64,000 bases of DNA from an uncultured bacterium (GTDB lineage Bacteria > Chloroflexota > UBA5177 > JANWHV01): the NCBI GenBank assembly GCA_963827235.1, contig CAWHAE010000008.1, forward strand, positions 160,001 to 224,000, given 5' to 3'. Shown here piece after piece: positions 1 through 9,475 of the stretch. Every line of letters begins with the position of its first letter. Position 1 is the first letter of the stretch. The position numbers and the translations under genes were made by a program. The notes under the pieces are model-generated. The model did not search any database, had not been told where the DNA came from, and was given only the letters and a program-made list of their open reading frames with translations.

Positions 1-580
1 GAGCGGTAGCGAACTCCACGCCTATGGCGCCGCCGCCCAGGATCACGACTCGTTCTGGCAGCCGGTCCACCGACCAGACTTCGCGGCTGCTCACCACCAC
101 GCTACCGTCGATCTCCACGCCAGGAATGAGACGAACGCGCGAGCCGGTGGCGAGGATCGTGTTCTTCGCCTGGAGCGTGGTCTGAGCACCGTTGTCTCCG
201 GCGACCGTGATCGAGCCGGCAGCCGCCAAGCGGCCTCTGCCGGTATGCACAGCAATGTTGTTCTTGCGCATGAGGTAGTTGACGCCCTTGACCTGCTTGT
301 CTACCACACTCTTGCACCTGCGCATGGCGACAGCGTAGTCGGCGGTGACGTCGCCAACCGTGATGCCGAACTCGCCCGCGTTACGTACGAGGGTCAGTAT
401 CTCGGCATTGCGCAGCAGGGCCTTGCTGGGAATGCAACCCCAGTTGAGGCAGATGCCGCCTAGGGACTCGCGCTCGACCAGGGCGGTTCGCAAGCCAAGC
501 TGGGAGGCGCGAATCGCGGCCACATAGCCGCCGGGTCCACCGCCCACTACCACAACATCATACGCGGAATCGACGCTCAC
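1..580 (-). CDS. lpdA: Dihydrolipoamide dehydrogenase, 3' part outside the window
   Basis: Manual translation from GTG at 580 (GGAGG upstream) gives MSVDSAYDVVVVGGGPGGYVAAIRASQLG...GGICLNWGCIPSKALL, with the FAD-binding GxGxxG and the redox CLNWGC motif. Absent from the ORF track because it is truncated. Confidence 0.95.
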   Translation of the reverse strand, partial: MSVDSAYDVVVVGGGPGGYVAAIRASQLGLRTALVERESLGGICLNWGCIPSKALLRNAEILTLVRNAGEFGITVGDVTADYAVAMRRCKSVVDKQVKGVNYLMRKNNIAVHTGRGRLAAAGSITVAGDNGAQTTLQAKNTILATGSRVRLIPGVEIDGSVVVSSREVWSVDRLPERVVILGGGAIGVEFATA

Positions 581-596
581 TCTATGAATCCTCCAC

Positions 597-1526
597 CTAT
601 TCGGACGCCTGAAGCACGACCAAGGAGTCGCCGCGCTTCGCCACTACCGTCGTCGAATCGACGAATGCCGCGGCTTCGAAACCCGCGCTCCCGTCGATCA
701 CGCCCTGGTAGGCAAAGCCTTCCGGTCGCCTGGTACATACCGACAGACCATCTTCGCTGGTGATCAGCACCATGTCCCCGTCCGGCGACCAGCACACGTC
801 GGATGTCTCCTCAAGCATGCCCAGGTCGTCGATCTCGCGCATGGCATGCGTGGAAACCTCGTAGATCCATCCGCCTTCGGGCTCGATCCCAGCCGCATGA
901 GATCCATCTGCTGAGAACGCGATTACTGCGTTCTCGCCGGAATCGAAGAAGCCGTCTATATAGAGACGCTCATTGTTCGGCAGCATCACCCAGTAGCCAT
1001 CTTCGGTGACGAGAATGATCCGCGAGCCGTCCGGGCTAGGACTGAAGGCAGCGTAGTCGCTGTTGAGCATCACACTCTGCCAGATAGGATTAGGGCGGTC
1101 CATATGCGCGGTCGAGACAGGCCAGAGCTCAACCAGTGTGTTGTTCACACCAGCCGGCTTGCTGGCGACCGCAAGCAGACCGTTCGCCGCGAACTGCACG
1201 TCATACACGACCTGGGCATAGGCAGGCGGAGGCAGCTCGAGGCGAGCACTCCATAGCGATTGCAGGGGTGAGATACCCCATACGCCCATCAGCCCGTCGT
1301 CGTCCGCGGCGACCAGAAGGCTGCCATCGGGGCTGACGGCCAGTGAAGTTACACCGAGCATCTCGACGGTCGTCACGATGGCCCCTGCCAGCGCGTCGCG
1401 TACCTCGATGGTGTTGGCGTCCGCAGCGGCCAGGTACCGACCGCCGGGTGAAAACGCGCCGAAGCTTTGCACCACTGCGAGATCGGTTTCTAGCGTGCGA
1501 CGCCAGTTCTCGACAGAGAAAGCCAC
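597..1526 (-). CDS. WD40/beta-propeller repeat protein
   Basis: Repeated AFSPGG/AVSPDG/FSADG/WSPDG...L..W units. Confidence 0.75.
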   Translation of the reverse strand: MAFSVENWRRTLETDLAVVQSFGAFSPGGRYLAAADANTIEVRDALAGAIVTTVEMLGVTSLAVSPDGSLLVAADDDGLMGVWGISPLQSLWSARLELPPPAYAQVVYDVQFAANGLLAVASKPAGVNNTLVELWPVSTAHMDRPNPIWQSVMLNSDYAAFSPSPDGSRIILVTEDGYWVMLPNNERLYIDGFFDSGENAVIAFSADGSHAAGIEPEGGWIYEVSTHAMREIDDLGMLEETSDVCWSPDGDMVLITSEDGLSVCTRRPEGFAYQGVIDGSAGFEAAAFVDSTTVVAKRGDSLVVLQASE

Positions 1527-1649
1527 CTCAGATGCTCCTTAAGTGCGTGGCATCCTGCCGGGCCGCAGGGCCCGAAAAAGGGCCGAGCCGCCACGCCCGC
1601 CCCACATCCGGCAGTGTATGAGCCGAAGGGCCTTGGGCGCAAGCGAATC

Positions 1650-2123
1650 TCAGCTCCAGCGCCGCTGCAGACTGAGCTCGCACGCCTGGCAGTACCAGTC
1701 CTCGCCCATGCGCAAACCCTGGCTCCGGCGTACCTGGCACAGGCTGCCGCAGAGCGGGCACGTGCAGAGGTAGTGTTGCTGGCTGTCATCTTCACCGCGC
1801 TCGCCAAGACGATAGGGTTCAACCGTGCCGAAGTCGACCAGCACGCGTACGAGCCGGGAGCGGCGGCACCGCGAGCAGCGGATAGGGAGGTCCTGCGCGC
1901 CCTCGGGCTTTCCTTCGTCGTTCAGGGCCGGCAACGGCAGGGGATCATCGCGGTCAAAGCGATTGAGCTCGTCAGGCGAATACGTGTGGTGGCAACCGGG
2001 GCAGTAGATATAGGGAACGAAGAGACCTTGCCATTCCTTCTGCAGCTCGAGATCGGGTTGGCGCTCGATGCGCACGACGTCCTCGCCGCGCTCCCGTCTG
2101 TTCTTTCGTCGTCTGATGGCCAT
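1650..2123 (-). CDS. Hypothetical Cys-rich (zinc-ribbon-like) protein
   Basis: CPGC, CSRC, CTCPLCGSLC and CQAC motifs in a 157 aa ORF. Confidence 0.6.
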   Translation of the reverse strand: MAIRRRKNRRERGEDVVRIERQPDLELQKEWQGLFVPYIYCPGCHHTYSPDELNRFDRDDPLPLPALNDEGKPEGAQDLPIRCSRCRRSRLVRVLVDFGTVEPYRLGERGEDDSQQHYLCTCPLCGSLCQVRRSQGLRMGEDWYCQACELSLQRRWS

Positions 2124-2579
2124 GTTCCCGCAACTGGTTCATTGCTAATCGACGGTAGGTTGCGACGGTAGCCGAGCGCCTAAGCGCCGGTGCCCATCGC
2201 ACTCAGCATACCAGGACTACCGGATCGGGCCGCACACATCTCTTGATGTGCACGCACCTGGAATCGACGAAACATCATTGTGGTCTACCCATCCTGGGCT
2301 TGCGGCCGTCTCGACTGCCCCGGACGGCCAACAGCCGGCCCGGGATGCCCGGAGCGCACAGTGGCATGGCATGAATGGAGGTCCACGCTTCCGCTCGCTG
2401 CGATCACGCCCTTGGGACTTTCCGGGCGCGACCGCTGCCTGGGGTACGACGACTAGGCACAGAACCGTATCCTGTTTCAACGCTGACACCCTCTTTCCGC
2501 CGCACGGTAGCGGCCTCTGGTCGACCGATTTGAGAGCGTGCCGGGGACCTCAGGAAGTCGCGGGTTCGCGGAAAAGGAC

Positions 2580-3227
2580 TCAGCGGCCTGCCGACCGGGT
2601 GGAACCTCTCGACTGGGAATTGAACTCGCGTACGAGATCCGAGATCTGCCGCGCCGCGTCCTCCGTGCTGAGGTCATTGCTTACGATCGCCGGGCGTCCA
2701 AGCGCTGCCTGCAGCTTGTGCAGACGATCGATCTGCTGCTGGGTAGCGGTGGTGGGCGATCCCTCGGACACATCGGATCCTTGGCGATCGCTCTGCGGCA
2801 CCTCGGCCACTGCAAGGGTGCGACCAGCCGGTCTGACGGCGCTCACCATGCGGTGTGCATGGGCCGGGCTGCGGCCGGTCTCGCCTGAATCCTCCTCGAC
2901 ATCGCCGAGCTCTTCGAATGCCGTCACGCCCACGTTGATTGCATCGCGCAGGGCGCGCGCCTTGGCGCGGGTCTCTGCCATGCGGATGGTATGCGCGGCG
3001 ATCAGCCGCCCTACGTTGTCGGGAGACGCGTCGCCGATGCCTGAGAAGGTGCCTTTCTCCGTCTCCACTTCGGCCCTGCAGATCGCCATCTGGCCGTTGT
3101 CGCCGCTGGGCGCCTGGAGGAGCTCGGTGCTGATTCGCTTGAGGCCCTCACGGTGAGCCTGATCGAGCAGGCCCGCGTAGAGCACGAAGTCCTTGCCTTG
3201 CCGATTGACGATAAACTCTTTCTTCAT
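2580..3227 (-). CDS. Rad52/22-like (single-strand annealing fold) hypothetical protein
   Basis: FSGIGDASPDNV...IRMAETRAKARALRDAINVG resembles the Rad52-like core (G.G...A.T.A..RAL). Strong promoter and AGGAGG RBS upstream. Confidence 0.6.
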   Translation of the reverse strand: MKKEFIVNRQGKDFVLYAGLLDQAHREGLKRISTELLQAPSGDNGQMAICRAEVETEKGTFSGIGDASPDNVGRLIAAHTIRMAETRAKARALRDAINVGVTAFEELGDVEEDSGETGRSPAHAHRMVSAVRPAGRTLAVAEVPQSDRQGSDVSEGSPTTATQQQIDRLHKLQAALGRPAIVSNDLSTEDAARQISDLVREFNSQSRGSTRSAGR

Positions 3228-3253
3228 TGCTCTCGCCGCCTCCTGCGGTGTAC

Positions 3254-3269
3254 TAGAACATATGTACTA
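3254..3269. promoter_or_regulatory. Putative LexA (SOS) operator TAGAACATATGTACTA
   Basis: 16-bp palindrome with one mismatch matching the Gram-positive/Chloroflexi GAAC-N4-GTTC box, directly downstream of the -10 of the Rad52-like gene. Confidence 0.75.
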
Positions 3270-3298
3270 ATTATGGATCGAATGGGTGTCGTCGTCAA
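3270..3298 (-). promoter_or_regulatory. sigma70-type promoter TTGACG-N17-CATAAT
   Basis: -35 at 3298-3293, -10 at 3275-3270, 17-bp spacer. Confidence 0.75.
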
Positions 3299-3430
3299 GC
3301 GAGCTGTGCGTGCGGGACTTGGCTGGCGGACGCGGCTCGAGCTATCGAGACACTTGCAGGGATTGTCGCGAGGGTGGTAACGGCGCTCGCACGGGCGTTC
3401 GCCGGCGGTGTGGCCGGCACGGGGAGCGCG

Positions 3431-3805
3431 CTAGCGTCTCGAGCGACGCGCCTCAGGCAAGATGGTCACCGCGACCTCGCCGGTCGGGCGCGACCGGCAG
3501 GCAAGGCGCACGCCTCGAGCCAGCTCGGCGCGGTCGATGAACTGGCGCTCGAGGATCGTCGGCTCGCGTGCGGGCAGGGCAAAGAGGACGCGACAGGTGC
3601 CGCAGGTGCCCTTGCCGCCGCACACGGTAGGAATGACCACGCCGTTGCGCTTGGCCCCGTCGAAGATGCTCTCACCGGGCTCGAGATCGATTGTCGCGCC
3701 GGTCGGCATGAAGTGAACCCGTCCGGGCTTGGGCGCCTCAGGCAGATCGAAAGTATCGAGGTCGAGAACGATCTTCTTGCGAGGGGGAATCTCGGACAAC
3801 GCCAA
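3431..3805 (-). CDS. 2Fe-2S ferredoxin-domain protein
   Basis: CGGKGTCGTC...RLAC plant-type 2Fe-2S signature. Confidence 0.85.
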   Translation of the reverse strand: MALSEIPPRKKIVLDLDTFDLPEAPKPGRVHFMPTGATIDLEPGESIFDGAKRNGVVIPTVCGGKGTCGTCRVLFALPAREPTILERQFIDRAELARGVRLACRSRPTGEVAVTILPEARRSRR

Positions 3806-3911
3806 CCCTATTCAATGCTCAACGGCTATCGGCGTAGAGGCAGGAACTGAGCAGCGTGCAGTGGTCACGCCGCCGCCGTAGCGACAGAATCACCTGCGCA
3901 CCGAGCGCCGC

Positions 3912-4889
3912 TTAGCGGCGCTTTCTCGGCTGCGACGTTTTGCTTCCTCTGGCGTGCCCGGGTACCTGCCTGGGCACCGAAGTACCCCGCGGGGGCCTGG
4001 TCTCGATCATCACGGGCTCGGGCTCGGGCTCCGCCTGCGAACGGACAGGCGCCGCATACTCGACCGGTACTGATTCCTCCATCACGGTTGCTTCCGCATC
4101 GACTGCCTGGCTTCTCCGGGGGCGCCGCAACGTAAATCTGCCGCTTTGCGGGACTTCCGAATCGCCACGGTACTCCGGCGATATGTCGCGCATTGGCATG
4201 TCGGACAGGCCCCCCGCGGCGACTCGCCATAGGCCGAATCCCGCGCCGGCCGACCATAGTGCAAATACCGGCGTGAATCCTAGAACGCCGACAAAGAACG
4301 TGGCGAACGAGCCGAGTACCGGCGTGCTGCGCCAGCCATACAGCGACATCAATGACAGGCCCACGATGCCGATCCAGAACACGACCGCGAAACGCCCGGA
4401 AGTGTCAATGCCGTAATCGCGATTGGCCGCGCTCTCGAAGGACTTGACGACGGAGTCGACCGCCGCGGGTACGTGCGCGTCAACATACTGCTGGGCATAG
4501 TGCACGTAGTCGACACGTTCCAGCACTGAAGCGATCAGGCTGAGGGCGAGACCTGCGACGGCCACGATCGCGCCTATCAGTGGCACACGAGCCCCGGGCC
4601 GCCGTAGCATGGTGAAGATAGCGAAGGCGACGCAGCCAAGCAGCAAGAATCCCGCCAGCGCGGACAGCATGTACACGTCCATCAGCGAGGTGTGCTGATT
4701 GACCCATCTGAGCAGTATCTGGTCATTTGCCGCGCTGCTCAGCTTGGACTTGGTCGCCGGCAGCGGCTGCGACTCCACGTACAACGTTGTCGCGATGATC
4801 ACCGCGGTGTAGAGAAATCCGCTGATCGCTCCCGCCCGGATTACCGAAGACGGCTGCAGGTCGATAGAACTATCCTCCAGTATTCGCAC
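3912..4889 (-). CDS. Multi-pass membrane protein with disordered basic C-tail
   Basis: Several hydrophobic segments followed by a Pro/Glu/Arg-rich tail. Confidence 0.6.
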   Translation of the reverse strand: MRILEDSSIDLQPSSVIRAGAISGFLYTAVIIATTLYVESQPLPATKSKLSSAANDQILLRWVNQHTSLMDVYMLSALAGFLLLGCVAFAIFTMLRRPGARVPLIGAIVAVAGLALSLIASVLERVDYVHYAQQYVDAHVPAAVDSVVKSFESAANRDYGIDTSGRFAVVFWIGIVGLSLMSLYGWRSTPVLGSFATFFVGVLGFTPVFALWSAGAGFGLWRVAAGGLSDMPMRDISPEYRGDSEVPQSGRFTLRRPRRSQAVDAEATVMEESVPVEYAAPVRSQAEPEPEPVMIETRPPRGTSVPRQVPGHARGSKTSQPRKRR

Positions 4890-5193
4890 TCCGCACGCGT
4901 ACAGCGTACCGCATTCTGCTCCTCAGCGGTGGAGTGCGGCCAGCCGGGTCGCATCTACGGAGTCCTGGGGCGGAGCGTTGTCGTCTCACGACCACGGGAG
5001 CTATACCGGCCGCGTCCGAAAGCGTTCGCGCCGGTCGCGCTTCCGACATAGCCGGACCAGAGGGCTGCATTGCCTATCGGAAGGGCGCAAGTACTCGGCT
5101 GCGCTTGCGGTACCCAGGCATGAACGCATGGCTGTGCTATACTTCCCTCCGATCCGCCGGGGCAGGTGGTGTCCGGCGTGCAAGGGAGGAGAC

Positions 5194-6441
5194 GTGCGGC
5201 GAGTCGTCGTAACAGGCATGGGAGTCATCAGCCCGTTGGGCATCAGCCTCGATGCCACGTGGAAGGGCTTGCTCGAAGGGCGAAGTGGTATCGGGCCGAT
5301 CACGTTCTTCGATGCTTCCGCGCTTCGTTGCAGGTTTGCGGGTGAGGTGCATGGGTTCGATCCGGGCGAATTCGATATCGATCCCAAGCTTGCCAAGCGA
5401 TGCGATCGCTTCACTCTTCTGTCCATGGCCACGGTGCACCAGGCGTTGACGCAGGGAGGTCTCACGATTAGCCCCGCGCTGGCCGACCGGGCTGGCGTGA
5501 TTATCGGGTCGGGCATCGGCGGCCTCAATACGCTCATGGATCAGTTCACCGTGTTGTTTCAACGCGGCCCCGAGCGCATCAGTCCCTTCTTCGTGACCAT
5601 GATGATCACGGATCTTGCGGCCGGCCAGATCTCGATCAAGTACGGTCTCAAGGGTCCGAACTTCGCGATAAGCTCTGCGTGCGCCACGGGTGCGCATGCG
5701 GTTGGGGAGGCTTCTGAGATCATCCGTCGCGGCGATGCCGACGTGATGCTTGCCGGGGGAGCTGAGGCGCCGGTCACGCTGATTTCCGTCGCGGCTTTCG
5801 CGAACATGCGCGCGCTCTCGTCACGGAACGAAGAGCCTGAGCGGGCGTCCCGCCCGTTCGATAAGGAACGGGACGGTTTCGTGCTGTCGGAGGGCGCCGC
5901 GGTGCTCTTGCTGGAGGCTGAGGAGTTCGCGCTCCAGCGCGGCGCTCCGATTTTGGCCGAGATTGCAGGATACGCGGCCACCGCTGACGCGCATCACGTC
6001 ACCGAGCCCGCCGACGGCGGTGAAGGCGCGGTGCGTGCCATGGTGCGCGCCATGGAGAAGGCAGGGGTGGAACGCGACCAGGTGCAGTACATCAACGCCC
6101 ACGGCACCTCGACCGTCGCCGGAGATCGCGCTGAGACTGCCGCCATCAAGACCGTATTCGGCGATCGCGCCTACCGTATCCCGGTCAGCTCGACCAAGGG
6201 CGCGACCGGCCACATGTTGGGTGCGGGCGGTACCGCGGAGGCCGCGTTCTGCATCAAGGCGATGCTCGAGGGCGTCGTGCCGCCGACGATCAACTACGAG
6301 TTCCCGGACCCGGAGTGCGATCTGGACTACGTAGCCAACGCGGCGCGCGTGACGGGACCGTTGGATGTCACACTCAATAACTCGTTCGGCTTTGGCGGGC
6401 ACAACGTGAGTATGGTGCTTCGGCGCTATCAACCACGCTGA
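5194..6441 (+). CDS. fabF: Beta-ketoacyl-ACP synthase II
   Basis: RRVVVTGMG, SACATG, NAHGTST, GHMLGA, NSFGFGG. GTG start at 5194 after GGAGGAG. Confidence 0.95.
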   Translation: MRRVVVTGMGVISPLGISLDATWKGLLEGRSGIGPITFFDASALRCRFAGEVHGFDPGEFDIDPKLAKRCDRFTLLSMATVHQALTQGGLTISPALADRAGVIIGSGIGGLNTLMDQFTVLFQRGPERISPFFVTMMITDLAAGQISIKYGLKGPNFAISSACATGAHAVGEASEIIRRGDADVMLAGGAEAPVTLISVAAFANMRALSSRNEEPERASRPFDKERDGFVLSEGAAVLLLEAEEFALQRGAPILAEIAGYAATADAHHVTEPADGGEGAVRAMVRAMEKAGVERDQVQYINAHGTSTVAGDRAETAAIKTVFGDRAYRIPVSSTKGATGHMLGAGGTAEAAFCIKAMLEGVVPPTINYEFPDPECDLDYVANAARVTGPLDVTLNNSFGFGGHNVSMVLRRYQPR

Positions 6442-6890
6442 TGGCAGGACGCGGGAGTGATGCCCAGTCGCAGCTGGTGAGACTGGTCAGTGAATTGCTC
6501 AAGGAGTTGGACGGCACGGCAGTCACCGAGTGTGAGTTCCGTGCCGGCGACCATCGCGTGCACCTGCGCCGCACGCTGAGCCCGACTCCCGTCCTGCAGG
6601 AAGCAGGTGCGGTCCAGGTTGGCGCTGTTCCCGAGAGCTGGCGGCCGGTCATCTCGCCTCTCACGGGGATCTTCTATCTCACTGAGTCTCCCAAGGGCCC
6701 GCCGCTGGTATCCGTTGACGCGTACGTGGCCGAGAAGCAGGTGGTCGGCCTCATCGAAAGCATGAAGATGTACAACCCGGTAGAGACTGATCTCGCCGGT
6801 ATCGTCCGCTCCATCGACGCGCAGGCAGGATCGGTGGTGGAGAAGGGTCAAGTGCTGATGTACATTGAGCCGACCGGAGACATAGCATGA
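6441..6890 (+). CDS. accB: Biotin carboxyl carrier protein-like
   Basis: SPLTGIFY...IESMKMYN biotinyl-lysine motif. Overlaps the fabF stop. Confidence 0.75.
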   Translation: MAGRGSDAQSQLVRLVSELLKELDGTAVTECEFRAGDHRVHLRRTLSPTPVLQEAGAVQVGAVPESWRPVISPLTGIFYLTESPKGPPLVSVDAYVAEKQVVGLIESMKMYNPVETDLAGIVRSIDAQAGSVVEKGQVLMYIEPTGDIA

Positions 6891-7858
6891 TGTATCGCTC
6901 GACACTACTGGGTTGCGGCAAGTGTGTGCCTGAGCGTGTGATGACCAACGACGATATTGCGCTGTTGGTCGATACGTCGGACGAATGGATCTACAGCAGG
7001 TCCGGTATCCGCCGTCGGCACATAGCCTCGCCGGGCGACACTACCACCAGCCTCGCAGTGGGGGCGGCGCGCAACGCGCTACTGTCGGCCGGGCTTGAAG
7101 GCACGGAGGTGGACCTTAGCATAGTGGCGACATGTACGCCGGACTTCGGATTCCCGGCCTCGGCGTGCGTCGTGCAGGGTGCAGTCGGTGCTCGAGGCGG
7201 CGCTTTCGATCTGGAGGCGGCCTGTTCAGGATTCGTGTACGCGCTGGCCGTTGCCGATAGCATGATTCGCACCGGCGCCGTGCGCAATGCCCTGGTGATC
7301 GGCAGCGAGGTCTACTCCCGCGCCGTCGACTGGACGGATCGGCGCACCTGTATTCTTTTCGGCGATGCCGCCGCCGCCGTGGTGCTGGGACGATCTGAGC
7401 TGCCGGGCGCGATGCCGCGGTACGAGCTCGGCTCCGATGGCTCCAACGCCTCGATGCTCACCATGTACAACGCTGCCGTGCGAGAGCCCGACGGACGCGC
7501 CCCAGGCGGCGTCACCATGAATGGGCCCGACACCTTCAAGTTCGGCGTGCGCACGCTCGTCGATGTGGCGGAGCGCATCATGCGTGCTGAGGGCGCGGGC
7601 CTGGACGGCATCGAATGGTTTGTTCCGCACCAGGCAAATCAGCGGATGATCAGCGCGGCCACCAAACGGCTGGGCCTTGACGACCGGCGCGTGCTCAGCA
7701 ATATCGAGGAGTACGGCAACACGTCGGCCGCCAGCATTCCTCTTGCTCTGGCCGAGTGCGTCGAACGCGGCGACATCCGGCCTGGCGACCGCGTGCTGGC
7801 CATCGGCTTCGGGGCAGGTCTCACCTGGGCCGGCGGCCTGCTCACCTGGCGAGGGTAG
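6887..7858 (+). CDS. fabH: Beta-ketoacyl-ACP synthase III
   Basis: AACSGF, PHQAN, GNTSAASIP, GFGAGLTW. Confidence 0.95.
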   Translation: MMYRSTLLGCGKCVPERVMTNDDIALLVDTSDEWIYSRSGIRRRHIASPGDTTTSLAVGAARNALLSAGLEGTEVDLSIVATCTPDFGFPASACVVQGAVGARGGAFDLEAACSGFVYALAVADSMIRTGAVRNALVIGSEVYSRAVDWTDRRTCILFGDAAAAVVLGRSELPGAMPRYELGSDGSNASMLTMYNAAVREPDGRAPGGVTMNGPDTFKFGVRTLVDVAERIMRAEGAGLDGIEWFVPHQANQRMISAATKRLGLDDRRVLSNIEEYGNTSAASIPLALAECVERGDIRPGDRVLAIGFGAGLTWAGGLLTWRG

Positions 7859-8000
7859 CCGCACGCGCCGACTCCCAATGTGCGTTGTCCCGAGTTGCCT
7901 TCCCGTGCCTACCTACTGCCGGCCGGTTCCACGTCGCGCAACGCCTCGTGCAGACGTACGCGTGGCGCCCTGAGATTCCGGGCCTTCCGTAAGAAGGGAG

Positions 8001-8087
8001 CGGAGAGGGAGGGATTCGAACCCTCGGTAGGATTTCTCCTACAGCGGTTTAGCAAACCGCCGCACTAGGCCTCTATGCGACCTCTCC
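8001..8087 (-). tRNA. tRNA-Ser(GCT)
   Basis: GGAGAGG acceptor stem, anticodon arm GCGGT-TTGCTAA-ACCGC, long variable arm, GGTTCGAATCC. CCA not encoded. Confidence 0.95.
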
Positions 8088-8112
8088 GTGATGTCGTAAC
8101 GCTATGGATGCC

Positions 8113-8197
<85 letters not shown>

Positions 8198-8371
8198 GAG
8201 GCGCGGGCGCCTCCGTGCCAAACCATGGTATCGAACTGCTACGCCGGTGTCAACGTATTGTGGCGAGCGCTGCGCACCTTCTTGCCCGCGGCTCACGGTT
8301 TCGATATAGACACGGTTCGCATTCATGCCACATAATAGGGCCATGGGTCTGCAACGAAGGACTGCCCGCAG

Positions 8372-9404
8372 ATGAGCGCTTCTAGTCGCGCGCGAGGAGC
8401 CCCTATTCGCAGCATCTCGGCCGTGCTGCCCGTTCACAACGAGGCGGCGAACCTCCTGAGTGTCGTGGGAGAGATGCTCGATGCTCTGACCGACGTCGTG
8501 CCGTCGTTCGAGGTGATCATCGTGGACGACGGCAGCACCGACGGCACACGGCGCATTGCAGAGGAATTGGCTGCCACGCACCGCGAAGTGCGTCTCCTGC
8601 ACTGGCCTCACCGACGCGGATACGGCGCGGCCTGGCGAGAAGGCCTTGCCGCGGCGACGAAGCAGTACGCCGTCATCGTGGACGCCGATCGCCGGTACAG
8701 TCCCACGGATCTCGACCGCCTGGTCAAATGGGACGACGCGTACGACGTGATCGCTGGTTTTCGTATAGGAAGCGGTGAGCCGATATTGCAGCCGCCTAGG
8801 CGGCTACGCATTCAGGCTTACCGTGCGACTGCTCCTGGGGCTCAAGCTCCGCGACGTCAATTGCGGCTTCATCCTCATCCGCGTTGCACTTCTCCGGGGT
8901 CTCAGCTTGCAGTCGACGACTAGCGCCATTCACAGCGAGGTCTTCTGGCAGGCCGGCAAGAAGGGCGCGCGAGTGCGTGAAGTAGGCGTGCGCTACTTTC
9001 CGCGGGCCGCGACCGAGCCCGCAGCCACACGCATTCGCTGGTCTCTTCGTACGGCTCGCGAACTGAGCCGGTTGAGGGCCGCGCTGGTGCGTGAGAAGCG
9101 TCAAGCTGCCCTCGAGGCCAGGTCTGGCGGCGCGCGCGTACCGGCCGCCAGTTCCGCGTCTCCTGCCTCCGTTGCGTCACCTGCTGCTGCCGCGACCGAC
9201 ATTCTGGGCGAGAACCCGTCCGGCCAAGCAGTGGAAGGGGAGGCGGAGGGGCATGACGGGTCGGGGGACGCCGGTGGAGCGCCGGCCGCCGGAGAACGCG
9301 CCGATGAGCCGTCGGAACTGACGGAGGAGACCGGTGACGGCGCGCGAGATTCCGGCCGGACGGCTGCGGACAGCATCCAGTGGCGGCTCCGGCCAGCAGA
9401 GTGA
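8372..9404 (+). CDS. Glycosyltransferase family 2 (DPM1-like), frameshift near 8788
   Basis: VLPVHNEA, VDDGSTDGT, GYGAA and VDAD in 8372..8923, continuing as LRDVNCGF...VREVGV in 8775..9404. Confidence 0.8.
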
Positions 9405-9475
9405 GCGGGGCTCGGCTGCTCAACGCCGGGCGCAGTCCGAGGTTGTATCGGACATGGGCGGCACGAACGGGTGAG

